A stretch of DNA of 32,136 nucleotides, from IMG/VR virus record IMGVR_UViG_3300016476_000090, positions 1-32,136 of that record; one strand, 5' to 3'. The DNA is from a virus. Taxonomy: Duplodnaviria > Caudoviricetes. The notes beneath the pieces were generated by a model. The model did no database searches. It saw nothing but the letters and a program-made list of their open reading frames with translations, and had not been told where the DNA came from. This document shows, in pieces, positions 1 to 8,736 of this stretch (position 1 is its first letter; the number at the start of each line of letters is the position of its first letter). The position numbers were made by a program, and so were the translations under genes.

Positions 1-57
1 GGCTCCAATAGCCCCCATCACCTGTTCTTCAGGAGATAAGGGAAAAGCTGTTGCCAT
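1..57 (-). CDS. 5' end of a gene running off the window (probable virion/ejection protein), partial
   Basis: ATG at 57-55 just after the stop of 60..995; reads MATAFPLSPEEQVMGAIGA to the window edge. Confidence 0.55.
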   Translation of the reverse strand, partial: MATAFPLSPEEQVMGAIGA

Positions 58-59
58 TG

Positions 60-995
60 TTATTGCTTAGGAAGAAAAGCTTGCCAGTTAGCAGTACCTC
101 CTTGTGGAGTTACCACAGTAGCTGCTGGGCTTTGTTGTTTAACATAAGCCTCAAGCTCCGCACGAGTCTTAAAGCGTGTGCCATCGTTAGCCATAAACTC
201 ATTGAGCTTAGTGCTATAGCGACCAATAGACTGAGAAACACCCATCAAATCTTTAACAGTAACATTCTGAGAAAAGCTCTCTTGATTGGCAGCAGCAGCA
301 GCTCTATCAGCAGCAGCTTGAGCTTGCATTTCAGAAGCTCCTGCTTGACGCTCACGCACCTTAAGCTCACGCTCTTTGAAGGCAATCTCATTCTTATAAG
401 CATCGAGCCTACGCTGCAAACCTTCTGCTCTGGCTGTGTTACCAGCTTTGAGAGCTTCAGCGAGCTGTTCTTCAGTGGTCTTCTGCTCTTCTTTCTTGTT
501 GGTAATGTCCAGCCTAAGAGCCTCAAGCTTAACAGGAGCAAGTTCAGCTTCTCTCTGAGCAGCTTGTTGTCTCAGACCAAGCTCTTCTTGAGCAATGCCC
601 AAACGAGCCTTCTCAGTAGCCATGCCTTGTTCCGTTTGAGCAGCTTTGAGGGCTGTGTTACGAGCCATCAGAGCATCTTGTGTTAGCCCTCTACGAGCCA
701 GCTCTTGAGACAAAGCTCCATACATCTCAGCATCGCTCGTAAGCCCCATGCCTTGGACAGTACGCATAGCCTCATCAATGCTCTTTGCTCTCACCTCATC
801 AGCAGTCATGCCACCCATCAAGCGACCAACACCATAGCCAATGCCAGCACCAGCGTTGCCACCAAGGGACACCACCTGTTGGAGCAAGCTCTGAGCACCC
901 ATCTGAGCAGGAGAGGTGAGCATTCCTTCCAAATAGCTTCTACCCAATTGCTCCTGAGTGGGCATATTGAATAGAGACAAAACATCAGTAGCCAT
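60..995 (-). CDS. Putative internal virion / DNA ejection protein
   Basis: 311 aa, Ala/Gln-rich with long coiled-coil character and a Gly-rich N-terminal segment; GGAG RBS; position after tail genes. Confidence 0.55.
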   Translation of the reverse strand: MATDVLSLFNMPTQEQLGRSYLEGMLTSPAQMGAQSLLQQVVSLGGNAGAGIGYGVGRLMGGMTADEVRAKSIDEAMRTVQGMGLTSDAEMYGALSQELARRGLTQDALMARNTALKAAQTEQGMATEKARLGIAQEELGLRQQAAQREAELAPVKLEALRLDITNKKEEQKTTEEQLAEALKAGNTARAEGLQRRLDAYKNEIAFKERELKVRERQAGASEMQAQAAADRAAAAANQESFSQNVTVKDLMGVSQSIGRYSTKLNEFMANDGTRFKTRAELEAYVKQQSPAATVVTPQGGTANWQAFLPKQ

Positions 996-1006
996 TCATC
1001 TTCTCC

Positions 1007-1888
1007 TTAGAATCCAGAGCTGTAACCAAAAAGAGGACTATACCCAGTAGAGCTTAAGCCTCCATAGCCAGCGGGAGGAATATATTGAGTCTGCTGAGGC
1101 TGAGCAAACATACCACTCAAGCTCAAGCCACCACGCTGAAGCATATTAGCCATAGCAAGGTTGCCAGCCAAGTTGGTGTTAGCAGCACTAATGCCCCCTT
1201 GTAACAGAGCATTTGCTTGAGCAGCCCCTGCTTGCACACCAGCCTTACCGATGTCAGCACCAGTGGTCAGAGTTCCCATGCCAAGTTGTTCAACACCAGA
1301 GCCAGAGCTAAACAAACCAGTGCCTCTGGCAATAAGCTTGTCAATGATGTTCTGCCCATACTGAGTACCTTCAGCAGCAATCTGAGCATTGATGCGCTCA
1401 CGAGCAAGCTGCCTTGCAAACTCATCAGGGTTCACCAAACCAGAAGCATCACCAGCTCCGACAGCACTAGGGGTAACACCCAATCCAATGCGTCCAGACC
1501 CTAGAGCTGCCTGACGAGCAGCAATGTCTTCAGCTTGACGAGTGGGCTGTAGCAGTCCCATCTGTTGCTCGACATACCTCTGAGCCTCTGCTTCAGGGGT
1601 TGTGCCAGCAAGCTGTCCAAGAGTTTCAGAAGACAGCCCATAGAGCTGATCTCTGAAAGCCTGTAAACGAGGATCAAGTTCATAAGTAGCCGTTTGAGTC
1701 CCTTCATCAAAATAGCTTTTACCAAAGCCAGATGTGATGCTATAAGGTCTAAAACGAGCTGCCTCTGCTGCTTCACGAGAAGCTTGAAGCTGAGCATTAG
1801 CTGCGCTTTTAGCTGCGTTGGAGCTGAACAGCCCACCAAGGAGACTGCCTCCTGCTAAGATTCCTGCGCCGAGAGCACTAATTGCCAT
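1007..1888 (-). CDS. Putative internal virion / DNA transfer (ejection) protein
   Basis: 293 aa; N-terminal hydrophobic Gly/Ala stretch (ALGAGILAGGSLLGGLF) followed by AAKSAANAQ, typical of podovirus ejection proteins; AGGAG RBS. Confidence 0.6.
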   Translation of the reverse strand: MAISALGAGILAGGSLLGGLFSSNAAKSAANAQLQASREAAEAARFRPYSITSGFGKSYFDEGTQTATYELDPRLQAFRDQLYGLSSETLGQLAGTTPEAEAQRYVEQQMGLLQPTRQAEDIAARQAALGSGRIGLGVTPSAVGAGDASGLVNPDEFARQLARERINAQIAAEGTQYGQNIIDKLIARGTGLFSSGSGVEQLGMGTLTTGADIGKAGVQAGAAQANALLQGGISAANTNLAGNLAMANMLQRGGLSLSGMFAQPQQTQYIPPAGYGGLSSTGYSPLFGYSSGF

Positions 1889-1898
1889 TTATATCTCC

Positions 1899-2759
1899 TT
1901 AAGCTTCCGAAGATTTAATGATGGGAAGTATTGTTGTGTATGCGTCTGAAGCAGTGACAGTTTCTCCTGATACAGTACCAGTATACCCAGCTGACCCATA
2001 TGGGTCTCTAATCTGCCACTTGATGGTGTCGCCAGCAGAGAAGGTTACATCTTCAGAAACAACCCTACCTCCTTCAGTGTTATACACCCATTCATTTACT
2101 TGTACACCATTCTTTACAATGCGAATGTATTGAGCAAGACCAACATCCTGAGTAAAAGTAACTTTAAATCGAGCAGACCCTGCATACTTGTCCATAACAT
2201 AAGTAATAGCGTCAACATAAGTTGTGCTATCTGTTGACCTAACCCCAACAGTATATGTCACACCTAAGCTAACTGTATAAGTGTCGGCAGCAGAGATAGT
2301 CAAAGTAGGAAACTCTGAAAGTTTCTTCAAAGAATTTCCACCAAGCTTCCCATAAGCAGCAGTAGAGCCGTCACTAATAGGAACAGTGTTGGCAGCTCCA
2401 ATACTAGACAAGCCAGAGCCTCCGTTAGCCACAGGAAGAACACCAGTGACACCAGTGGTCAAAGGCAAACCAGTAGCATTGGTAAGCACCAAAGAGCTAG
2501 GAGTTCCCATAGCCCCATTAAAAAGCACAACAGCACCAGCATTGCCAGTGTTAATTGCTAGAGCAGTTGCTACGCCAGTGCCCAAGCCAGAGATACTAGC
2601 AAGAGGGATCAGATCAGTGGTATCAACTTTAGTGGCAATAGCTGTTGAAATGGCGTTGAACTCATCGTCCAGCTCAGTGCCTTTAATCACCTTGGCAGGG
2701 TTGCCAGTGGTGTAGCCATCTTTGACAGCAAAATTAGTTAGCTTTGTGTAGTCACTCAT
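1899..2759 (-). CDS. Tail fibre / tail-associated structural protein
   Basis: 286 aa; N-terminal KVIKGTELDDEFNAISTAI anchor-like motif, GVLPVANGGSG fibre motif, Thr/Gly-rich. Confidence 0.6.
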   Translation of the reverse strand: MSDYTKLTNFAVKDGYTTGNPAKVIKGTELDDEFNAISTAIATKVDTTDLIPLASISGLGTGVATALAINTGNAGAVVLFNGAMGTPSSLVLTNATGLPLTTGVTGVLPVANGGSGLSSIGAANTVPISDGSTAAYGKLGGNSLKKLSEFPTLTISAADTYTVSLGVTYTVGVRSTDSTTYVDAITYVMDKYAGSARFKVTFTQDVGLAQYIRIVKNGVQVNEWVYNTEGGRVVSEDVTFSAGDTIKWQIRDPYGSAGYTGTVSGETVTASDAYTTILPIIKSSEA

Positions 2760-4357
2760 TAGTAACTCCGTCCTAGTTTAGTGAAAATGTCCATTTTCTG
2801 AATGCTCAAAGGAGCACCATTGACAGTGGCTTCAAAGCCCATCTGAACCACCTTACCTTGTCCACCAAGAGGTGTGTTAATCGTATCTACAAACACTCCA
2901 GAGGAATACTCTGCAATGTTGTATTCTGCTATGTTATACTCAGCAGGAGTTCCATTGGCCAAGCTGTCAGCATAGCTCGTATAGTTGTCTGAATAATCAA
3001 AGCCAAGCTTCAATACAATGCTTTGACCACCTCCACCAATGAGCACAACACCAACCTTCTTCACAATCTTATTCACTGTGCTTTGACCAAAATCAAAGTA
3101 GGTGGTATAGTAGAGGAAGGGATAGCTTGAGCCATTGTCTGTATACCCGAAGTATTCTCCAATGCCGTTAGGCTTTCCAATGTACAAAGAGCCATCTCTG
3201 TTAGCAGAGAAGGCATAAGCAAAGTAGCTGTCCCAAGAGGTGACACGAGCAGAGCCATCAGGCAAAGGAGCTCTCATGTCAAAGCAATACACCACAGGAG
3301 TGCTAGTGCCGGGGAAGCTCAGGAGATAGAAAGCATTACGCTCAGAGTAGCAGCTTCTAATCTCATTGACATTGGTGTTAGCTAAGTAGGAATACAAGTC
3401 ATCTCTGATGTTCTTGGAGATGTCAGACAAGGGAAGGCTCTTCTCTTGAATGGTTCTTCCCAAGCTTCTCAAGCCAGAGGCTGACAAGAAGATAAGGTCA
3501 TTACCAGTTTTCTGAATGCTATCACGAGCAACACAGCCCACTCCAGGAATAACATCCTGAACAAACATAGAAGCAGGGTTGCTGAAGTTGTCATCGTTGC
3601 CTCTGAGGACAACAATGTTCTGTCTCAAGAAGACAATGATAAAGCCGTTATGAGCAGCAAGCCCAGTAATTTCATCAGCATTGTTAGGGAGCTTAGCATT
3701 GAGGTTGATGCTACCAGCAGTGCTTCCTGAACCTGTATTAAATGTAGGGAAGTTAGTGTCTGCAATGTCTGTGCTCCAGTAGAGCGTTGTCTTGTTGTTA
3801 TTAGTTCTAGCCACCCAGAAACGACCATAAGCAGCCAATACACAATTGGGGCCATTAGCAGTTCCAGTGCCAAACACAGGAGAAGAAAAAGCTCCAGTGC
3901 TATGCCCAACATGGCTTACAAACTTTTCGCATACAGGAGAGCTAGTCTCACGAGAGAACAGCACAGGCTCATGCCCTTGTTGAACCATCAAGCAATGGTC
4001 AGCCAATGAAGCCATTTGCCAGTTGCTAGCTGTAATGGTCATTGTAGGAGTCATGTCTGTCAGAGAAGTACCGATACCTCCTCTGAAAATCTTGTTGTTT
4101 CCTGCACTGATGTAGTCAATGTCACCATTGGCATTCAAGTATTCGAAGATGCTTCTGATGGGACTACCACTCAAAGCAGAGCTCCCAGAGGTGGTTCTCA
4201 TAGCCCAGCCCTTACGAGCCCCTAGTCTGCCATACTTGTCAATGACACAGTTGGAAGCTCTCAGAGCAAAACCATCAGACAGCAAAGCTCCACTCTCTTG
4301 GGTGTTAAGCCCAAAGAAGCCTGGAGCTGCTACAGATGCGCTTTGTAAAGGTTTCAT
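2759..4357 (-). CDS. Tail nozzle / DNA stabilization protein (tail tubular B or P22 gp10-like)
   Basis: About 532 aa, beta-rich, with GVGCVARDSI and LIFLSASGLRSL motifs; ATG at 4357 overlaps the upstream TGA (ATGA), preferred over the track start at 4369. Confidence 0.65.
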   Translation of the reverse strand: MKPLQSASVAAPGFFGLNTQESGALLSDGFALRASNCVIDKYGRLGARKGWAMRTTSGSSALSGSPIRSIFEYLNANGDIDYISAGNNKIFRGGIGTSLTDMTPTMTITASNWQMASLADHCLMVQQGHEPVLFSRETSSPVCEKFVSHVGHSTGAFSSPVFGTGTANGPNCVLAAYGRFWVARTNNNKTTLYWSTDIADTNFPTFNTGSGSTAGSINLNAKLPNNADEITGLAAHNGFIIVFLRQNIVVLRGNDDNFSNPASMFVQDVIPGVGCVARDSIQKTGNDLIFLSASGLRSLGRTIQEKSLPLSDISKNIRDDLYSYLANTNVNEIRSCYSERNAFYLLSFPGTSTPVVYCFDMRAPLPDGSARVTSWDSYFAYAFSANRDGSLYIGKPNGIGEYFGYTDNGSSYPFLYYTTYFDFGQSTVNKIVKKVGVVLIGGGGQSIVLKLGFDYSDNYTSYADSLANGTPAEYNIAEYNIAEYSSGVFVDTINTPLGGQGKVVQMGFEATVNGAPLSIQKMDIFTKLGRSY

Positions 4358-4998
4358 ACTGTGTTCCAAATAGCCTTGTAGGGGTTCAAGCCAAGCTCAG
4401 CAGAGATGCTATCTGCCAAAGCATCAGAGCCTTTCTTGAAAGCATTCATGCTGTTGGCTCCTCCATCCTCTCCACGCTCTTCAATGGCTCTTGCCCATGC
4501 AAGCAACACAACAGGAAGAACAGGAACCAAGAGGGTGTCAGTGTCAGCTGACAGCTCAGCAGGTCTTTTAACAACATCCATCTTGAGGGAATAAACACCA
4601 TCAGGAATGGGAAACAAATCAATCTTTGTATCACCACTAGAGCTTTCACCTCTAAAGCGATAATACTTAGGAGAGCCATTCTGAGGGTTCATCAAGTATT
4701 TCTCTTCAATCCAAGCACTAGGAGCAGCGTCCATTCTTGTATTGCTTGTGTCGTTAACAAAGCTATCAATGCTAAAGCCGTTGCCTAAGCCTGTCAGGGT
4801 GTAGTTGGAAACACCATTGGAAGTGGTAATGGTTTGAGTTGTTCTCAAAGCACTCCAGTCCCAAGCTTCCTCAACCTCTTGCTTAGCATCGTTAACAAAA
4901 TCACCAATGAGTTTGCTATAAGCTGTCTGAGAAACAGAAGCAACTTCTCTTTCTCTAAGTCTTCTAAGCACTCTATTGACAAGTTCTAGATAAGTCAT
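4354..4998 (-). CDS. Head-tail adaptor (tail tubular protein A-like)
   Basis: 214 aa; MTYLELVNRVLRRLRE start, WDWSALR and PIPDGVY motifs; directly upstream of the nozzle gene. Confidence 0.65.
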   Translation of the reverse strand: MTYLELVNRVLRRLREREVASVSQTAYSKLIGDFVNDAKQEVEEAWDWSALRTTQTITTSNGVSNYTLTGLGNGFSIDSFVNDTSNTRMDAAPSAWIEEKYLMNPQNGSPKYYRFRGESSSGDTKIDLFPIPDGVYSLKMDVVKRPAELSADTDTLLVPVLPVVLLAWARAIEERGEDGGANSMNAFKKGSDALADSISAELGLNPYKAIWNTV

Positions 4999-5026
4999 CT
5001 TAATTCCTTAAGCATAACATATAAGT

Positions 5027-5055
5027 ATTATAACACATAAATAGTTATTAGTCAA
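5027..5055 (-). promoter_or_regulatory. sigma70-type promoter for tail genes
   Basis: Minus strand TTGACT-17 nt-TATAAT with a TG extended -10, upstream of the ATG at 4998. Confidence 0.8.
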
Positions 5056-5085
5056 TACTTATAAGTATTATTTATTGCTTTAAAT

Positions 5086-5101
5086 GTAACTCAAGAGTTA
5101 C
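5086..5101. promoter_or_regulatory. GTAACT-N4-AGTTAC palindrome, perfect copy
   Basis: GTAACT CAAG AGTTAC; overlaps the stop of 5098..5376, about 30 nt upstream of the -35 box. Confidence 0.8.
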
Positions 5102-5376
5102 CATTTAACCTTGTCTGCCCAGTAAGCAGCACTCATCTTGCCCTTGGCAATGTTGCTGGCATGACGAGCCTTGAAGCTTTCTCGTCTTTTCCTGTAGCTC
5201 TCGCTCTCGCCTTGCTTCTTAGGGCTACCAGATACGCCTTGCTGTCCAAAGCGAATGGTCTTCACCTTGTCTCCCTCCTTAGCCACAACAACATGGCTCT
5301 TGGTTGGGTGGTTAGGAGTGCGCTTAGGCTTGTTGTAGCCAGCCACTCCAGCTCTTTCTAGTCTACTGTCTTTCAT
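5098..5376 (-). CDS. Small basic conserved phage protein
   Basis: 92 aa, Lys/Arg-rich; KTIRFGQQG, SFKARH and SAAYWA motifs; ATGA coupling. Confidence 0.75.
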   Translation of the reverse strand: MKDSRLERAGVAGYNKPKRTPNHPTKSHVVVAKEGDKVKTIRFGQQGVSGSPKKQGESESYRKRRESFKARHASNIAKGKMSAAYWADKVKW

Positions 5377-5603
5377 CTGTAAGCCTTTACTTTCTGAGCA
5401 ACCTTCTTAGGCTGAGGAACAAACTGCTTTCCTTTAGCATTCCCCGCAGCTTTTGCAGCGTTTGTAGCCTTCTTCTCCGCAGGAGTCAAAGCCTTCCATG
5501 CAGCTTCAGGGAGATAGCGTTTCTTTCCCTTAGAAGGTTTTCCATCACTGGTTGTCCACTTCTGGGCTGTCCATTCCTTCAAGCTTTGTTGAGACTTCTT
5601 CAT
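5373..5603 (-). CDS. Small basic protein (resembles C-terminal half of DUF5872-like proteins)
   Basis: 76 aa; SQQSLKEWTAQKW, RYLPEAAW and GKQFV motifs; ATGA coupling on both sides. Confidence 0.7.
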   Translation of the reverse strand: MKKSQQSLKEWTAQKWTTSDGKPSKGKKRYLPEAAWKALTPAEKKATNAAKAAGNAKGKQFVPQPKKVAQKVKAYR

Positions 5604-5773
5604 TTATACCCACCTCCCTTAGCCTTATACTCCCTAGCCAGCATCTGTGCTTTACGAGCACTCCACTCACCTGGGTCACCTCCCTTGGAGCCAGCTTTAA
5701 TCTTCTCAAAAAGCTTCTTCCTCATGGTGGGTTTGGTGTAGTTTCCTGCTTGGTTCACTTTGCTCTTGTTCAT
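5600..5773 (-). CDS. Small basic protein (resembles N-terminal half of DUF5872-like proteins)
   Basis: 57 aa from ATG 5773 (GAGG RBS); YTKPTMRKKLFEKIKAGSKGGDPGEWSARKAQMLAREYKAKGGGY. Confidence 0.7.
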   Translation of the reverse strand: MNKSKVNQAGNYTKPTMRKKLFEKIKAGSKGGDPGEWSARKAQMLAREYKAKGGGYK

Positions 5774-5841
5774 ATATGCCTCTAGAATCGATTTAAAGCC
5801 CCTTTTTAGCCGACTTCTCAGCAAGGGAAGGGATAGGTAGC

Positions 5842-6018
5842 TTACTTGCTCTTCTTTGCCTTAGAGGGCTTCTTATTCATTCCAGCCATATTCATGGCTA
5901 CAGCAACAGCTTGCTTCTGTGGCATCCCTTCTTTACGAAGCTTGCTAATCTTGTCACTCACTGCTTGCTGCTTTCCCTTCTTAGTGTAGGGATATTTCTT
6001 TCCATCAACCATTGGCAT
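5842..6018 (-). CDS. Small basic hypothetical protein (not in ORF track)
   Basis: 58 aa, MPMVDGKKYPYTKKGKQQAVSDKISKLRKEGMPQKQAVAVAMNMAG..., starts immediately after the endolysin stop, AGGAG RBS. Confidence 0.7.
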   Translation of the reverse strand: MPMVDGKKYPYTKKGKQQAVSDKISKLRKEGMPQKQAVAVAMNMAGMNKKPSKAKKSK

Positions 6019-6019
6019 A

Positions 6020-6499
6020 TTAAGCTCCTAACATCATTGCTCGTTCATCTTGTCTTCTCTTGACAAGTCCTGGCAGGATTTTTCCTGCTGCTTTAGTCCA
6101 GTCCAACAGAGCATCAGCTGCCCCTTGGATGTCTCCTCTGTTGTATTTCTGCCTCACTGTGCTTCTCTGGAGGTTTCCAAGCCCTACATTGAAGGCAAAA
6201 GAAACAAGGCTGTCCAAGTGGCCTTGATTGTTAGCAGCATTAGGACACAGCCTAAGCACCCCTCTAACAAAGCCTGCAAGGTCTTTCCTGAGAATTTCAT
6301 CCACTTCCTCCATGCTCAATGTCCTGTCCCAGCCTTCAGGAATGGGTAAAGAAAGACGCTGCTCAAAAGGAACCTTGATGTGGCTCTGGTCTATGACATG
6401 ACCAACACCAACAGTCCACAAACGAGCAGGACACCTATAAGGCTTCTGTCTCACCCCCTCGTGGTGTTTAATTGTCTTTAGAGCTTTGTCACTAATCAT
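6020..6499 (-). CDS. Endolysin, T4-lysozyme-like (GH24)
   Basis: HEGVRQKPYRCPARLWTVGVGH (E-x8-C-x5-T triad), SFAFNVGLGN, GLVKRRQDE. Confidence 0.92.
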   Translation of the reverse strand: MISDKALKTIKHHEGVRQKPYRCPARLWTVGVGHVIDQSHIKVPFEQRLSLPIPEGWDRTLSMEEVDEILRKDLAGFVRGVLRLCPNAANNQGHLDSLVSFAFNVGLGNLQRSTVRQKYNRGDIQGAADALLDWTKAAGKILPGLVKRRQDERAMMLGA

Positions 6500-6999
6500 T
6501 TCTTAAAGGCTTGTGTTCCAAACCAGAAGCTTACAATCGAAGCCCAGATGAGCTGAGTGTCATCATCCCACAGCAGGTCAAGAGCAACAGTGAAGTCCAC
6601 CCCTGTCTTCCATGCATACAAGAAACCAAACACCTCAACAAACATGAACATGATGTACATACCATAGGTGATGGCACTGCGGGTGAAAGCTCTGAAGTCA
6701 ACCACCCACTGGGAAGCTCCCTTGCCAATCTCAATGTCATGGCTATACAAGGCTTGTCTCTCCTGAAGAGCAAGACCAGCCATGTCTACATTAGCGGTGA
6801 TTTGAAGTTGATCTGTGTGGATGTGCTCAATGCGTTCCTGAATTTCAAGACCAGCCTTCTTAAGAGAAAGCTCTCTTTCCACTTGTAGCTGAGCCAGAGC
6901 AAGTTCATGTTTCTTGTCCTTACTGTCTTGCCACAAGTCAAGAAGCTTAGGCAGACCACCAGCAAGAAAAGAGAGGAGAGAAGAAAGAAGAGTTAGCAT
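6496..6999 (-). CDS. Putative holin (3TM-type)
   Basis: 167 aa from ATG 6999; hydrophobic segments and C-terminal IVSFWFG; directly upstream of the endolysin. Confidence 0.65.
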   Translation of the reverse strand: MLTLLSSLLSFLAGGLPKLLDLWQDSKDKKHELALAQLQVERELSLKKAGLEIQERIEHIHTDQLQITANVDMAGLALQERQALYSHDIEIGKGASQWVVDFRAFTRSAITYGMYIMFMFVEVFGFLYAWKTGVDFTVALDLLWDDDTQLIWASIVSFWFGTQAFKK

Positions 7000-7000
7000 A

Positions 7001-7474
7001 TCACTTGATGAAAAATAAAATGAAATAAATAGCAGACACACTGATGAGCAAAGCTAAGATGGCTACGCTTGCCCATGTAAGAACATCTTTGATGAGAGCA
7101 AGCTTCCTAGCTCTAGCCCTCTTAGCAGCCAGCTCTGCTGCTTTCTGTTCTTTGACAAGGCGTGTGCGCTCTGCTACAATACGCTCCCATGTGTCCCCTT
7201 GTCCAGTGTATATCAACATTTCCTTGACATACCTCTCAGCATCCTCAAGCTCTTTAAGAGCCATGATGTTCTGCATTGCCTGACCAGTGGCACTGCCTGA
7301 GAAAGTCTTCTTTGTTGCAAGCTTGTTGTTCTCTTGTATGGCCTTCTCTTTTAAATCAAAGAAGGACATTATCTGAGGAGCAAGCCCTTGTATGTCCTGC
7401 CCTACCTCTACAGCTTGTTTAACAACATCTATTGCAGCTCTAGCTCCAGCTATTAAAGCAACTATTTCAACCAT
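7001..7474 (-). CDS. Hypothetical membrane-anchored protein
   Basis: 157 aa, coiled coil plus C-terminal transmembrane segment, within the lysis cluster. Confidence 0.65.
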   Translation of the reverse strand: MVEIVALIAGARAAIDVVKQAVEVGQDIQGLAPQIMSFFDLKEKAIQENNKLATKKTFSGSATGQAMQNIMALKELEDAERYVKEMLIYTGQGDTWERIVAERTRLVKEQKAAELAAKRARARKLALIKDVLTWASVAILALLISVSAIYFILFFIK

Positions 7475-7691
7475 CTTTCCTCATCCCCCAGAAAGCACTC
7501 ATAGCAGTAATAAGTGCTCCTATCCAGAGGATGGGTTTGGCAGCTTTAGCAATCCATTCTAAAACGACAAAAGCCCCTTGCAGGGCATCGAAAGCTTCAA
7601 CGATGTGACGAGTGTTTCTATCAACATCATTTACTTTTTGCTCTACTGTTAAGAGCCTTTCATAAATCTGAGAGTGGCTGATGTCTTCCAT
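7467..7691 (-). CDS. Small hypothetical membrane protein
   Basis: 74 aa, short coiled coil then hydrophobic C-terminus. Confidence 0.65.
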   Translation of the reverse strand: MEDISHSQIYERLLTVEQKVNDVDRNTRHIVEAFDALQGAFVVLEWIAKAAKPILWIGALITAMSAFWGMRKDG

Positions 7692-7733
7692 ACTTGTTCC
7701 TTGTTGTGTATGGAGACTCTTGTGGAATCCCCA

Positions 7734-7768
7734 GACAAAACAAGGGAGCCCCTTGTGAGGGCTCCCAA
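7734..7768 (-). terminator. Rho-independent terminator after the major capsid gene
   Basis: Minus strand GGGAGCCCT-CACA-AGGGGCTCCC hairpin followed by TTGTTTTGTCT, just after the capsid stop. Confidence 0.75.
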
Positions 7769-7771
7769 GTA

Positions 7772-8716
7772 TTAGGCAGCGACAGCCAACAACACGCCAG
7801 CATCGCTACGCAGCACTTTCGTGCCGTACAGCATATCGCTGGTGAACAGGGTTGCCAAGAACTCCTGCTTGTATTGGGTCTGCGAACGAACCGACATCTG
7901 CTCGACATGAACAGCCCAGTCACGATGAGCCAGCAAAGCACCCTTAACGCCAGACTCCAGCGTGGGGCAGTTGCTCGACACAACAACAGGGATGCCATAC
8001 AGATTGCCAACCTCGCCGTTGCGAATGGTGTTACCACCAGACACATCACCAACGAAAGCTTGCTCGGTGTAACGAGCAGTGCCCATCAGAGCGTTACGCA
8101 ACGAAGGCGGAACCACAAACACACGACCATCCATCGGCTGATCAGCGTCATCCAAGTACTGAATAGCACGGCGGAAGCCCACATCAGAGAAAGCCCCGAT
8201 GTCAGCAGTGCCATCAGCGTCATAGGCTTCCAACACACCAGTGGAGGTGTTGAACTGGAAGGAACGATTATGGACATAAGTGCCAGAGCCGTTACCCAGA
8301 TACTTCACCAAGTCCCACAGAGAGTCATCAACATCCTTAGCCATCGCATAGCCAGCATCATCGGTGTAATGCTTACGCAGCGTGGGCAAAGCCTGCACTT
8401 CAACGATGTCCTCAATCAAGTAGGACACTTCTTTGTGCTGGTTCAGGTTAACGACAATCTCAGACTGGCTGAGGTTTTGCAGGGTAACTGCGGTGTTCTC
8501 AGCTTTGGTCTGAGCAGCCAAACCACGGCTGGGATTCGGGATGTGCAGAGCATCACCCTTCTTACCCTTGAAGCTCATCTTGCGAACAAACTGAGCCAGC
8601 ACGAGGTTCTTTTTATATGCAGCGATAATCTCATCGCTCCAGAGTTCGGGCAGAAAGTTACTAGCTTCAGTCAAGCCAGCTGCGCCACCCATTGCGGGAA
8701 AAGTGGAAGTTGCCAT
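7772..8716 (-). CDS. Major capsid protein
   Basis: 314 aa; FLPELWS, KGDALHIP, GEVGNLYGIPVVVS and LYGTKVLR motifs; follows scaffold; strong codon bias; downstream terminator. Confidence 0.9.
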   Translation of the reverse strand: MATSTFPAMGGAAGLTEASNFLPELWSDEIIAAYKKNLVLAQFVRKMSFKGKKGDALHIPNPSRGLAAQTKAENTAVTLQNLSQSEIVVNLNQHKEVSYLIEDIVEVQALPTLRKHYTDDAGYAMAKDVDDSLWDLVKYLGNGSGTYVHNRSFQFNTSTGVLEAYDADGTADIGAFSDVGFRRAIQYLDDADQPMDGRVFVVPPSLRNALMGTARYTEQAFVGDVSGGNTIRNGEVGNLYGIPVVVSSNCPTLESGVKGALLAHRDWAVHVEQMSVRSQTQYKQEFLATLFTSDMLYGTKVLRSDAGVLLAVAA

Positions 8717-8736
8717 GTTTAATTACCTTTCAAAAT

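Noticed and set aside
5781-5797. Adjacent palindromic hexamers TCTAGA, ATCGAT, TTTAAA in a short intergenic gap
   Set aside because: Single occurrence with no supporting repeat or context; could be chance
7694-8722. 342-aa plus-strand ORF antisense to the major capsid gene
   Set aside because: Mirror-frame shadow of a codon-biased gene; no RBS or recognisable motifs
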